NCBI RefSeq assembly: GCF_963921235.1
Contig: NC_086118.1
Location: forward strand, 14,262,001 to 14,326,000
Source: Mobula hypostoma
Lineage: Eukaryota
Length of the DNA: 64,000 nt
Direction of reading: 5' to 3'
The notes below the pieces were generated by a model that was given only the letters and a program-made list of their open reading frames with translations, searched no databases and was not told the DNA's origin. The translations under genes were made by a program, and so were the position numbers. Shown piece after piece: positions 47,309 through 59,496 of this stretch (positions are counted from its first letter, which is position 1; each line of letters starts with the position of its first letter).

Positions 47309-50300
47309 TACTTTATACTTTATTGTCGCCAAACAATTGATAGCAGAACGAACAATCATCACAGCAATATTTGATTCTGCGCTTCTCACTCCCTGGATTA
47401 CAAATATTAAATATTTTAAATAGTAAAAATAGTAAAGATTAGTAAATATTAAAAATTTAAATTATAAATCATAAAATAGAAAATAGAAAAATGGAAAGTA
47501 AGGTAGTGCAAAAAAAAATCGAGAGGCAGGTCCGGATATTTGGAGAGTACGGCCCAGATCCGGGTCAGGATCCGTTCAGCAGTCTTATCACAACTGGAAA
47601 GAAGCTGTTCCCAAATCTGGCCGTACGAGTCTTCAAGCTCCTGAGCCTTCTCCCAGAGAGAAGAGGGACAAAAAGTGTGTTGGCTGGGTGGGTCGTGTCC
47701 TTGATTATCCTGGCAGCACTGCTCTGGCAGCGTGCGGTGTAAAGTGAATCCAAGGATGGAAGATTGGTTTGTGTGATGTGTTGTGCCATGCTTACGATCT
47801 TCTGCAGCTTCTTTCGGTCTTGGACAGGACAACTTCCATACCAGGTTGTGATGCACCCTAGAAGAATGCTTTCTACGGTGCATCTATAAAAATTAGTGAG
47901 GGTTTTAGGGGACAGGCAAAGTTTCTTTACTTTTCTCAGGAAGTAAAGGCGCTGGTGGGCCTTCTTGGCAGTGGACTCTGCTTGGATGGACCAAGTCAGG
48001 TCATTTGTGATATTGACCCAGAGGAACTTAAAGCATTTGACCTGTTCCACTTGCGCACCACCGATGTAAATTGGGTCGTGCGGTCCGCTACTCCTTCTGA
48101 AGTCAACAACCAATTCCTTCATCTCGCTGATGTTGAGGGATAGGTTATTGTCTTTGCACCCTGCTACCAGGTTCTTAATTTCCTCTCTATTCTCAAACTC
48201 ATCATTACCCGAGATACAGCCTACAATTGTTGTGTCATCAGCAAACTTATATATTGAGTTTGATGGAAACTTGTACAATCATGGGTGTACAGTGAGTACT
48301 GCAGGGGGCTGAGTACACAGCCTTGTGGGGCCCTGATGCTCAGAGTGATTGTAGAGGAGAGCTTGTCCCCTATTTTTACAGCCTGGGTCCTGTCTGTGAG
48401 GAAGTTGAAGATATAGCTGCAGATTTGAGTGCTAAGGCCCAGGTTCCGGAGCTTATGAATCAGTTTATTTGGAATGATGGTATTAAAGGCAGAGCTGTAG
48501 TCAATGAAAAGGAGCCTTATGTATGCATCTTTATTCTCCAGGTGTTCTAAGGAGGAACGTAGGGCCAGAGAGATGGCATCTGCCATTGACCTGTTGCTCC
48601 GGTAGGCGAATTGCAAAGCGTCGAGGTTGACCGGTAGGCTGTGATTGATGTGTGCCATAATCAATCTCTCGAAGCAGTTCATAGCAATTGATGTCAGAGC
48701 CACAGGTTGATAGTCATTCAGGCATGCCACCTTGCTCTTCTTCGGCACTGGGATTATCGTTGCCTTCTTAAAACACGAGGGGATCTTAGACTGAAGCAAG
48801 GAGCAGTTGAAGATGTCAGCAAACACTCCAGCTGGCTCGCTTGCACAGGCCCGGAGAACCCGTCCTGGGACGCCATCTGGGCCAGTCACCTTCCTTGGAT
48901 TTATCTTCAGGAAGGCCTTTCTAACATCCTCCTCGGTGATGATGAATCTCGATGCCACCAGGTCCGGTTCATCCGGAGGGAGTGGGACACTCTTCTTCTG
49001 TTCGAATCTTGCGTAGAATATGTTAGGTTCGTCAGGAAGAGAAGCGCCACAGTTATTGATATTCCCAGCCTTTTCTTTGCGCCCAGTGATCTCATTTAGA
49101 CCCTGCCATGGTCTACTGGCATCCCTCTGGTTAGCCTGGGCTTCCAACTTGGCTCGATATTGCCTCTTGGCGCCCTTAATGGCTTTCCGGAGTTCACGCC
49201 TGGATTCCATGTAGCGACTGGTAACCCTGGACCTAAAAGCCGCAGATCTAGCCTTTAAAAAGGACTTGACCTCATAATTCATCCAAGGTTTCCGGTTAGG
49301 GAATACCCGGATCGTCTTGCGAGACACACAGTCCTCCGTGCATTTCCAAATAAAGTCTGTGACAGCTGAGGCATACTCATCGAGGTTAGCTGCCAAATCC
49401 TTGAATACTAACTAGTCCCCCGATTCAAAGCAGCCATGGAGGACCTCATCCGTTTCCTCCGCCCAATGCGATACTACTTTTGACACCGTGACCTCCCGCT
49501 TCAGCTTCTGTTTGTAAGCCGGGAGGAGGAGTACGGCCTGTTGGTCCAATTTTCCAAAGTGAGGTCGTGGGACAGAACGGTAGGCATCCTTGACTGCTGT
49601 GTAGCAGTGGTCAAGTATATTCGGGCCTCTAGTGGGGCAGGAGACATGTTGGTATAACTTTGGCAGCGCCTTTCTGAGGTTGGCCTGGTTAAAGTCCCCG
49701 GCTGTAATGAGCAAAGCCTCCGGATACCTGATCTCAAGTTCACTGATGTTGGCATACAGTATGTTCAGAGCACACTTCACGTCCGTCTGGGGGGGAATGT
49801 AGACCGCTGTCAGTATGACCGAGGTGAATTCCTGTGGCAGATAGTAGGGATGACACTTCACCGACAGGTGTTCCAGCTCCGGGCTGCAGGAGCTTGTCAG
49901 TGCCACTGTATCTGAGCACCACGCAGTGTTGATCAGTAGGCAGACACCAGCTCCCCTCGACTTGCCCGAAGACGCCGTGTGGTCCATCCGATGGATCGAA
50001 AATCCCTCCGGTCGGATGGCACAGTCGGGGGTGACCGGGGAGAGCCAGGTCTCAGTGAAACAGAATACACAGCAGTTCTGCATCTCCCTGCAGTAGGTGA
50101 GTCTCCGTTTAAGATCATCCACCTTGTTCTCTAAGGCTTGCACATTAGTGAGCAGGATAGTGGGCATAGGGACCCTGAAGCCTCTCAGCTTCAATCCAAC
50201 CAGCAACCCAGCTCTTTTCCCACGCTTCCTCGGTAAATATTGCATCTTTCCAAGTTTCCATCGATGCAGTGTGTTGTCAGCTCTTTGCGGTTGGTGGACA

Positions 50301-50957
50301 CATCCCGCGGGGATCGATTGGCGGGTCCCGTCGTCGGGCGCTCGGGTCGGGCCAAGTGATGGAGGAGGCTCCGCTGCCACTTCCAGCTGCCGGAGGCCCG
50401 GGCTGTTGATTGGGTCGGGCCCCGAAGCTGACACTTAATCCCAGATGGCCAAGCTCCTGGCTGAAACAAGACCGTAAGCCGAGTCACAGTTTCGGAGGCC
50501 TCCGTTCCAGTTGAGCCTCAGGCTCGATTTCCAAGGTCGGCGGCGGAGGCCTCACTTCTGGCAGCTGTGGATGGCCACCAACGGGGCTTTACGGTGGTCG
50601 CTCCGGGGAAGCGTCTGGGGCACCTTGAGGTCTCCGCCGTCACTTCTGTGTGGTCGTCTGCTCCGGAAGGTGCTGGTCGGAATGGGCCGCATCTCCAAGC
50701 ACTCCAGCACAGTAGCAGACTGCGGGTCTCTGGGAACGTGGTGGGCCTTGCTGGTCGGGTCCAGGTGCGGTCCAGAGTTTAAGTAGCAATTCTGGCGCAG
50801 TGGTCTCCAGCTGTGTCAGTAGCTTCGCCAGAGTGCTGTTGATCTTACTAGATGTAGCAGATTAGAGCTTTAGAAGGGTTTCTCGGGTATAGGATAGTGG
50901 AGAGGGCAGTTTGCTCGGGAGAGCACGCGCAAAGTCGCCAGTTACCGGCGCCGTCTT
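47309..50957 (-). mobile_element. Near full-length Rex1/Babar LINE (APE endonuclease + RT)
   Basis: ORFs 49412-50434 (LTNVQAL, CFTETWL, AGDFNQ, LDHCY), 48221-49396 and 47565-48278 (YKFADDT), joined by one stop near 49412 and one frameshift near 48275. The (AAAGTAT)-like tail continues at 42628-42645; TSD caaagagtacata. Confidence 0.95.
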
Positions 50958-53436
50958 TAACGGATTGTGTTGCTGGGTACTGTGTGTTTATTAATGCCTT
51001 GTAAGTAATTTTGCAAACTAACCAGGGTTTCAGAAATACATTAGTCCTATTTCAGTCCTCTAAAGGAGGCAAATTGCTTGGTTGCATTGCCCATTTTGTA
51101 ATCTTGCAATAGTCCTAATTGTCTATCATTATTTATGAATTCCCAAAAAATTATCCTCCACAAAGAGTACATATTGTTTTTGTTGGGTCATTCATTGACT
51201 CCTTGCTTCCGATTGCTGTGGATGCTCATTCAAAGTAGCCGGAGGTTATATCAATGAAGTCAACCACCTCAGCAAAGACTGTCTCCATTCTGAGGACTAT
51301 CTTCGCCAGAAATGGCTTACCAGAACAAATTCTGAGTGACAATGGACCACAATACATGTCAGAAGAATTCTGACAGTTCTTAAAGAAAAATGAGATCAGA
51401 CATTTCAATTCAGCTCCTCACCACCCAACAATGAATGAGTTAGCTGAAAGGTTTATGCAAACCTTCAAGAAGTCCATAAAAGTGACGGACAAGGAGGACA
51501 TTCCTCTACAACACAAGGCGGGCCACTTCCTTTTGTGTATCAGAATTCTGTTCATGCGACGACAAATCAAACACTTGCAATACTGTTCATGAACAGGAAA
51601 TTCTGCATCATGTGCAGAGAAAACAGTTCTGCCAGTTGCTAAGCGAAGCAGCAAGGAGCTCTGAGATTGGACAGGAAGTGATTACTAAGTAGACAAGTGG
51701 ACACCTGGTAGGATAGCTACAAGATCTAGACCACTGATGTACACAGTGGATGTTAGAGATCAGACATGGAGACATCATGTGGACTAGATACTGGATGCTC
51801 AACTGGAGAGCACAACTGAGTCGATTGCATCCAACAAGACAGACACATGACAGTCACCGGACTTACCTCTCAGTGATGACCCCGTCACCGACAGCAGCGT
51901 GACACTAGCAACTAAGAATGTTGTCTTAGACACCAAACCTGATGCCATTCCACAGGTCCAGCGGTGCTCTCCTGCAAGAAACAGAGCACCACCCAAAAGT
52001 CTAAACTTTTAGAACTGTGAAGTTAGTTATGGACTGTTATTGTGAAAGCATGTTTATTTGGAATATGAGTTTATAAAAGGGAAATTGAAGGTTATGTACA
52101 TAGTTTTATATTGCATTAATCTAAAGGTGGAGGAACTGTGTGATGTATGGATCTATTTCTTTTAGACCAATGACACTGCCCCCCCCGCCGCCCCCGCCGG
52201 GCACTACGTATTGATCTGCTGTCTGCGCATGTGATGTTGTCTACACATACGCATTTTTCTGTCTCTCGCTGCAATATGAATACAACAGTTAAAGCCATCT
52301 CCCGCACGTGTGCTTTCGTTTAATCAATATGTAGCTGTGCACAGACACAACAATAGTCAAACTAAATTCTCTCCAGAAGACCTGCTTTGTTTGATAATTT
52401 TATATCTCCCAGATACATCTTCTGTTATCCTCATTTTCGTCAGTCACAACACAGACATAATGAAGTCTCATGGCATCAAGTCAAATATATACCATAAACC
52501 TCTTCCTACATTCTAGCTACCATCCTCCATCAGCTAATGAGCTATTGTTCCTCCCTGTTGAATAATCAAGAGAATGGCAATGAACTCAGTGTCCAATATT
52601 TCAATGTTCATTCCCAAATGGCTTGGTAACATCACCACAGGGTATATTTGCCAAATACTGAAGATCGTAGCTTCCAGACTGGGTCTGCAGAAGGTTGTGA
52701 GTGACCCAACACAAGAAATAAACCTACTGGACCTCAGCCTCAAGAATCTGCCTGTGGCAGGTGTATTTGCCTATAATAACACTGGTAGAAGTGATTGGTG
52801 GAGATAAAGTCTCATCCACATACCAAGAACATCCTCCATCACATTGTGGGTACTACAAATACTATATGGAGTATGCTGGGAACAAATCAGGCACCTCATA
52901 TGTAGGCATCTGTGAGAGGCTGCTAACCATTAGCAGCAGTAGAAATCTACATACACACCGTTAGGGTGTATTCTGAAGTTAGGGTATATTTCAAATATTA
53001 AATTCACCAGCAACAAATCTTCAGACATGAGCATGGATTGTAGATTGAATTTAAATGCAGCCCTGAGCAATAGTTTTCCTGGAGCTGTGGACTGGACTTA
53101 ATTGCAAACCAGGCAATTATGATTAACATTCATTTTGGGTGTCTGGAGTGTGAGTGCAAAGAAGGAGGTGTGTGAAAATTATATGTAATTTAAAGGAGGC
53201 ATTGTAGACACAATGTAACTATAGAATTGTCCTGCTGTTACCTTTGATCTTTAGCATATAAAAATATCATGTAATATTGGATCTTGAGGCCTCTGAGACA
53301 GTCTCAATATGATGCCTGCCGCATGTTTTTGTTAAATAAATCACTTTTATATCCATTAGTTTCAGTGTCTCTCTAGTGACTTTGTTGATGCTACCACAAT
53401 ACAACAATGTGTAAACTGGTGACCCTGTATATCCCC

Positions 53437-53468
<32 letters not shown>
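53437..53468. repeat. (ATT)n microsatellite
   Basis: Direct observation. Confidence 0.97.
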
Positions 53469-53469
<1 letters not shown>

Positions 53470-54819
53470 GCCAGGGGATCATGCCTGATTCCATAAGGAA
53501 TGCCAAAGGCCAGGCTGGTTGCAGTTCCAGACATACTTAAGAATGTTGAAGTGCCATCCTAATAAATCTGCTATAAAAATATATACATGCTAGGCATAAT
53601 AAAAACAACATCCAATGGGGATTCCTGTAACTACAAGGAAAATTGCATATATAATCAAATTTGAACACCTTGAGATGAGTTCAGAGGACAGAAAAGTTGT
53701 GAAGAAAAATTAACAGTATTGATTTTTATTTGGTTGGAAAGGCAGGCTAGAGACAAAATGTTTTTGTAATACTAAATCAAAAGAAAGAGATGAAAGATAA
53801 ATCATGCAGATACCACAATATTCACGGAAAGCAGTAGTTTATCATTCTGAAGGAACAGGCTATGAATAGAGATTGGAGCTCCTTGGCTCATTTGCCTTCT
53901 TGGGCAGAATGAGACAAAGTGATGAATTTTGTCTGCACACACAGATCCTCAGTGAAATCACAATGATGATTAATCAGGTTCAGGAGAGCATGATCTTGCT
54001 TCTCAGTCTTCGTGAGAATCATTTCCTTTTGCTGCCCATGCAGGGTTATGAAACTATGTTAAAAATAAAGCAAAGAGGAAATAGAAAGGGTAAGGATCAA
54101 CATAACAGCAGAAACTAAATTCTTCCTGAATATTTACAATAATGCAAGTTTACATTTGGTCACCAAAATATAAAAATATTTAGTTTGAATGGATCTAGTG
54201 TGCAAAATGGACATTAATGAAGTTGAGAGTATTGAGGATGCCAGAAGAAGCCCAGTTCAGAGATCATTGCCTAAATCATTGTACCATATATAGTACATAC
54301 CTAATGTACCATTACGGCTATTTCTCCAGCTGTGTCCTAGACACTCCTTGGTGCTTTAACTCTACCTAGCAGCTTACATTACTCAAAACACACATAGTAC
54401 ACACAGTCACAACATTGGACCATGACAACCATGTCATCACAATAGGTGGATTTTACCATTTCTCTGTGACCTACATCAGTACCTATGTTATCATTTTGAA
54501 GGTTCTTTTAGATCAAAGGGCTTATTAGGCAGGGGGCGAGAGTCTGTCTCCTTATGAATATTTGAGTGATTTAGTCCATTGTTTCTACTGCTTCTGAGGG
54601 TGTTGTTGGTATAGAAGTTATCCACTGGAGATCTAACATGCCCACTTTCTTCAAGCAGTCAGAGTTCTCTATGTATGTCTGCTGTTCCTTTCTTCTAAGA
54701 CCACCAGACTTGCAATGTAACCATGCCCTTTTAGTCTTTGAGAGTCTCAGGAGAGACCATTCATCAATCTTGTTTTTCATCCTGTGGAGAGGCACCACAC
54801 TATAGAGGAGGAGAGTCAA

Positions 54820-54915
54820 GGCCCCGTGTCCATGTGGCTTTCCTCAAGGTACTCTGATTTCCTCCTGCATTCCAAAAGTGATGACAAGTTAATTGGCCAC
54901 TGTAAATAACCACTC
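54820..54915 (+). mobile_element. V-SINE/HE1-like core fragment (similar minus-strand remnants at about 57840-58070 and 62830-63090)
   Basis: ccccgtgtccatgtggctttcctc...gatttcctcctgcattccaaaag...gttaattggccactgtaaat. Confidence 0.55.
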
Positions 54916-55446
54916 AGTATCTGTAAAAGGAAAAGAAATCAGTTGGTAGTTGACAGGAGTGTGTGAAGAAAATCAGAAGCAAGGGGCAGGAAAATAAGAA
55001 AGCAAGAAATTAAACTGGTGAGATTGGGAGCCAGTGTAGACTGAAAAGACCGAAGGGCCACGTCTTGTGTCATCATAAATGTTATAATGAGAGCTCCTGA
55101 CCACTAGGTGTGCATTTCACTTGCAGAAATATCTGGGGTTGCAGGCTGATCTTGAGGAATCAGACGAGCAATACAGTTGGGGATAATAGTTTGGAAAGCT
55201 TAGACCAATGCGTGTGGAAAAGCTCAGGCATTGTCAATGTACTGGACAGCATGTAATATGCTGCTGTCCAAAGTTGCGTACAGCTCCATTTGCTATTTAT
55301 AGGAAGCCAGATGTGCATTGGTCATGGTCTGTGAGTGATCTGAAACTCAGTGTCAGCCAGCACTGGCACTCCCATAAGTTAACAAGTAATAAAGCAAAGA
55401 TTCTATCTCCACTAAGCCATGAGCAGAAGTAATCCAAATTATTACC

Positions 55447-55545
55447 AACACAAGTGCAGAAAGCTGAAGGAACTCGGCAGATCAGACAGCATCTATGGAA
55501 ATGAATAAACAGTTGATGTTTCGGGCCAAGACCCTTCTTCGGGAT
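55447..55545 (-). mobile_element. Short Penelope pLTR fragment with decayed hammerhead
   Basis: gctgaaggaactcggcagatcagacagcatctatggaa...cagttgatgtttcgggccaagacccttcttcggga. Confidence 0.75.
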
Positions 55546-55974
55546 CAAATTCCATATGCCTCGGTGTTGAGCCATTCCAGTTAGTGTCCTCACACAGAAA
55601 TTGACTGCTACCTTCCTGGAGCTGATCAGCAATGGAAGGATAGGCTGCAATCTGACAGAGTGTATAACATGTAGAATGTGAGAGAGCTACTCATGACAGT
55701 TTGTCACCCAAAGCAGTCCTGTCCTTCAATCCTACAGGGCAGAATGCCCAGTATTACTCAATAGTAGTCTCTGCTGGAAGATTCTTGGGAAATCAGATAT
55801 AGATAATGGGGGAATGCAATTTACAGGTGAAGGTAATCTGATATCTATGTAATTCCTTCCAGATAAAGATCAGCTCTTTATCCAGACTATGCAGATGAAA
55901 TTGTTGTGACTGATACCTCAACTGGGAGTGAAATGTTTTAGAAGAATAGGGAATGGGTAGCTTTTTCCATTGAT

Positions 55975-56690
55975 TCCATGGAGACATATAGCACAGAAAC
56001 AGTCGCTTCAGCTCAATTAGTGCATGCTGACCAAGATTCCTATCTAAGGTAGTCCCATTTATCTGTGCTTGGTCTATGTCCTTCTGAAGTTTTCTCATTC
56101 TTATACCTACCTAAGTGTTGATGTAACTTCCTCAACCACTTCTTCTGACAGCTCATTCCATGTACTGACAAACTTCTGGGTAAATAAAATTCCCCTCAGG
56201 TTCCTAGTCAGTCTCTCTCCTCTCACCTCTAACCTATGCTCTGTAGTCAGTCTCTCTCCTCTCACCTCTAACCTATGCTCTGTAGTTCTTGATTCCCCTA
56301 CCCCAGTAAAAGACTGTGAGCATTCACCCTACCTCTGCCTTGCATAATTTTATACACTTCTTTTAGATCACCCATCATTCTACTATGCTCCACTGAAAAA
56401 CATTCCAGCCTGCCCAACCACTCTGTATGATTCAGTCCCTTAATCCCCACAACATCCTCAAAAATCCCCTCTATATTCCTTCCATATATTTCAAAAATGA
56501 CATCTTTCCAATAGCAGGGTGTCCTAAGATGAACACAATATTCCAAAGAAACATGCATAAAATGCTGGAAGAACTCAGCAGGTCAGGTAGCATCTATGGA
56601 AATGCATAAACAGTTGATTTTTTGGGCCAAGACCCTTCTTCAGGACAATATTCCAAAGGTAGCTTCACCAACATCTTGTACAATTGCTCT
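55975..56690 (-). mobile_element. Old CR1 3' fragment (hosts a 39-bp duplication and a pLTR insert)
   Basis: ORF 56298-56558 reads LEYCVH...YWKD...MMGDLKEVYKIMQG. Confidence 0.75.
56549..56644 (-). mobile_element. 96-bp Penelope pLTR insert starting at the hammerhead, 14-bp TSD
   Basis: acaatattccaaag at 56535-56548 and 56645-56658. Confidence 0.88.
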
Positions 56691-59496
56691 AGATTTCAAT
56701 ACTTAAGAGTGTGATGATGTAGACAGGAGCAAGCTCTATATACAATTTGGCATTTGGAAAGTAGACTCTAAAACGCCCTGGAGATAACTACTTGAGTTCA
56801 GTCTCCATGATCACCAGCTTTTGGACTGGTATTTTACTCTATAGAGCAGTGTCCTGCTTAATGAAGCAGCATTGATCTGTCAAAGCCAAGCATTAGAACA
56901 AAGCATCAAACATGTTGATCTATCTGATTCAAATCTCCTCTGGACACAATGCACAAGTGATAGAGTTTGCTGTAAATTGGCTGAAAGGATCACCAATTTA
57001 AAACTATCTTTGTAATTGAATGGATAATGTCAGGCAACAGATGTGGAAAATTAAATGGAAAGAACCCTTCAAGAAACCACTTGATTGGCCTTTAGGTCTG
57101 CTGAGAAATTCTTGCAGGCATAGCTGTAGGTGATTAAGTTATCTCTACCTTAAATTTAACCAGAAATAGAGGAATTGATTAATGCTTAAGCAAAAGAACT
57201 ACTAGAAAGGTAAAGGAATTTTAGCTTTACTGATGCTTTTTTTCCTGTTTGCTAACTGGCTGAAGAAAGCTTTATCTTTTAATGAAATTTGGGCAAATGC
57301 CAACTGGCCTTGTAGGAGCTGTAACAAAATTTAACAATGATTTTCAAATGTGGTAGAAGTAAAGCCCACTGCGGTTGAAATGTAGACCATAAATCACACA
57401 GTGACATCTGAGCAATGCACCTTGGCACCTGAATAACAAATCAGCTGAAGGTCCACTATTTTCACAGATTCCCTCCTTTCTCTGCATAGATCCAGTTATA
57501 TAAGATTTTAAGAAAATCTCGAAGCCTTAACAAGCTCTGAAATTGTGTCCTTTTTCTCTGACTCCAACGTCTCCAACTCTGCCAGTTACTTCTTTTTTCT
57601 CTCTCTCTCTGCTCCATTCATTTCTCTTCCTAGATCCTTATGAAAGGCATGGACCGCTTGATAGTGAGGTGATAAGACAACAGGCAATACAATCATCAGC
57701 TGTTTTGGGTAGCCGCTGCTGTATTGTAGTTAATGGATGTGAATGGCATTCTCCAGCCGTCTTGTGAAAACCATTCTCTCATTTACTGCTTGGGTCAGGT
57801 CACGGGTATAATTATGTTAATTCTGGTTCCTCTGTAGCCCTGCAATTTATTTTCCCTTGTGCATGACCATCAACTCCCCTTTGCTTTTATCCCCCACCTG
57901 CCTACGCTGAAGAGTTATTTTAAGTCACTAGTTAACCTACAAGCACTTCTTTGGGATGTGGGGAGAATCTCACGCAGCCACGGAGAATGTGAAACACCAC
58001 ACAACCAGTACCTTTATCAGGAGTAAAACCAGGTCTCTGGCACCATCTGCTGAATCACTGAGCTGCCCACTAAAGCCTTAGGAAGTTATAAAGGCACACA
58101 GCTGAAGGTAGCAGACTCTAACATAGGAGAGGGTGTTCCTTAACTCTCAATATGGTGCTGTCTGTGATGAGTGGCAGACATATGGATTCTAAGAATAAAT
58201 GAGCCAAGCAAACTTCCCAGTTACGTGACACTGACCACATAATACTTTTCTTGGGTTCCACAGCAAATCGCACATATGAGATGTGATGAGCTTGAGATTC
58301 ATGTGTACTTCTGGGTTGCAAAAAAGGACTTGGTGTCCTGTGGCCGTTGTCCATTACTTCCTGAACAAGGAATTCCCTGACGTACATTCCCTACTTGAAC
58401 AAAAAGTGAATTCCAACTACAATCCCCACTCCTCAAGTATTACAGTAAACTGTAAAATATTCCAACCATGACTGCCTGGGAATTTTGGGGTAACAATGAC
58501 ATTTAACCTTTCCAGACAGAGCAGCACAGAAGTTGGTCCCAAAGGTATCCACAGGTTTCCCTTGCCACTGATGTAGAAAATGTCTGCTGGGTATGTTGCT
58601 CTTCAGAGGAAAAGAAAGGTGCTCCTGGAACATTAAGAGAATTCTTCAAATTAAATTGAGCTAGCAGATGAAATTGCTGATTGCAATCTTGACACTTCTT
58701 TCCTGCCCCTCTCAGTTCCCAACATGTCTGCAAGGCCTCTTATACTACCATCCATAACCAGAGGACAGAGACGTCTGAGTCTTTTAAATAGCCTAGTGAA
58801 GTGAAAGGAGTTTAATCATGCTTCAACCGCATCTCTTCCATTTCGTGCACATTTACCCTCACCCCATCCTCCCACCACCCCACCAGGGATAGAGTTCCTC
58901 TTGTTCTCACTTACCATCCCACCTGCCTCTGCATCCAGCACATAATTCTCTATGATTTCCAGCGGGCTCCTTCCATCAAGCATATCTTTCCCTCTTCCTC
59001 ACTTCTTTGTTTCTGCAGGGATCGCTCCCTATGTGACTCCCTCATCCATTCGTCCACCCCCACTGATCTCCCTCCTGGCAAGTGGAACAAGTGCTACACC
59101 TGTCCCTCACTACCATTCAGGACACCAAACAGTCCTTCCAGGTAGGGAGTCGCTTCACCTGTGAGTCTGTTGGAGTCATCTACTGTATCTGGCGCTCCTC
59201 ATGTGGCCTCCTGTATATCGGTGGGACCGACACAGATTGGGAGACTGCTTCACTGAACATCTACGCTCCATCCACCAGAAAAAGCGGGATCTCCCAGTGG
59301 CAACCCATTTTAATTCCACTTCCCATTCCCATATCGACATGTCACTCCATGGCCTCCTCTACTGTGGTGATGAGGCCACACCCAGGTTGGAGGAGCATCA
59401 GTTTATATTCCATCTTGGTAGCCTCCAACCTGATGGCGTGAACATCAATTTCTTGAATTTCAAGTAATGGCCCCCTCCCTTCACCATTCCCCATTC

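Larger units (their letters stand above)
41330..52352 (+). mobile_element. Degraded Gypsy/Ty3 LTR retrotransposon (41330-42627 plus 51161-52352), RT deleted, split by nested inserts
   Basis: Gag knuckle remnant; protease VKLKMELDT; RNase H end WALFLGAHSYDIEFK...HSNADGL; integrase LENLHEGH...WEWPLSPWQRVH resuming at 51161 (AVDAHSK*PEV, SDNGPQY); PPT aaaggtggaggaac near 52123-52136; LTR TG...acacaaCA about 52137-52352. Confidence 0.85.
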
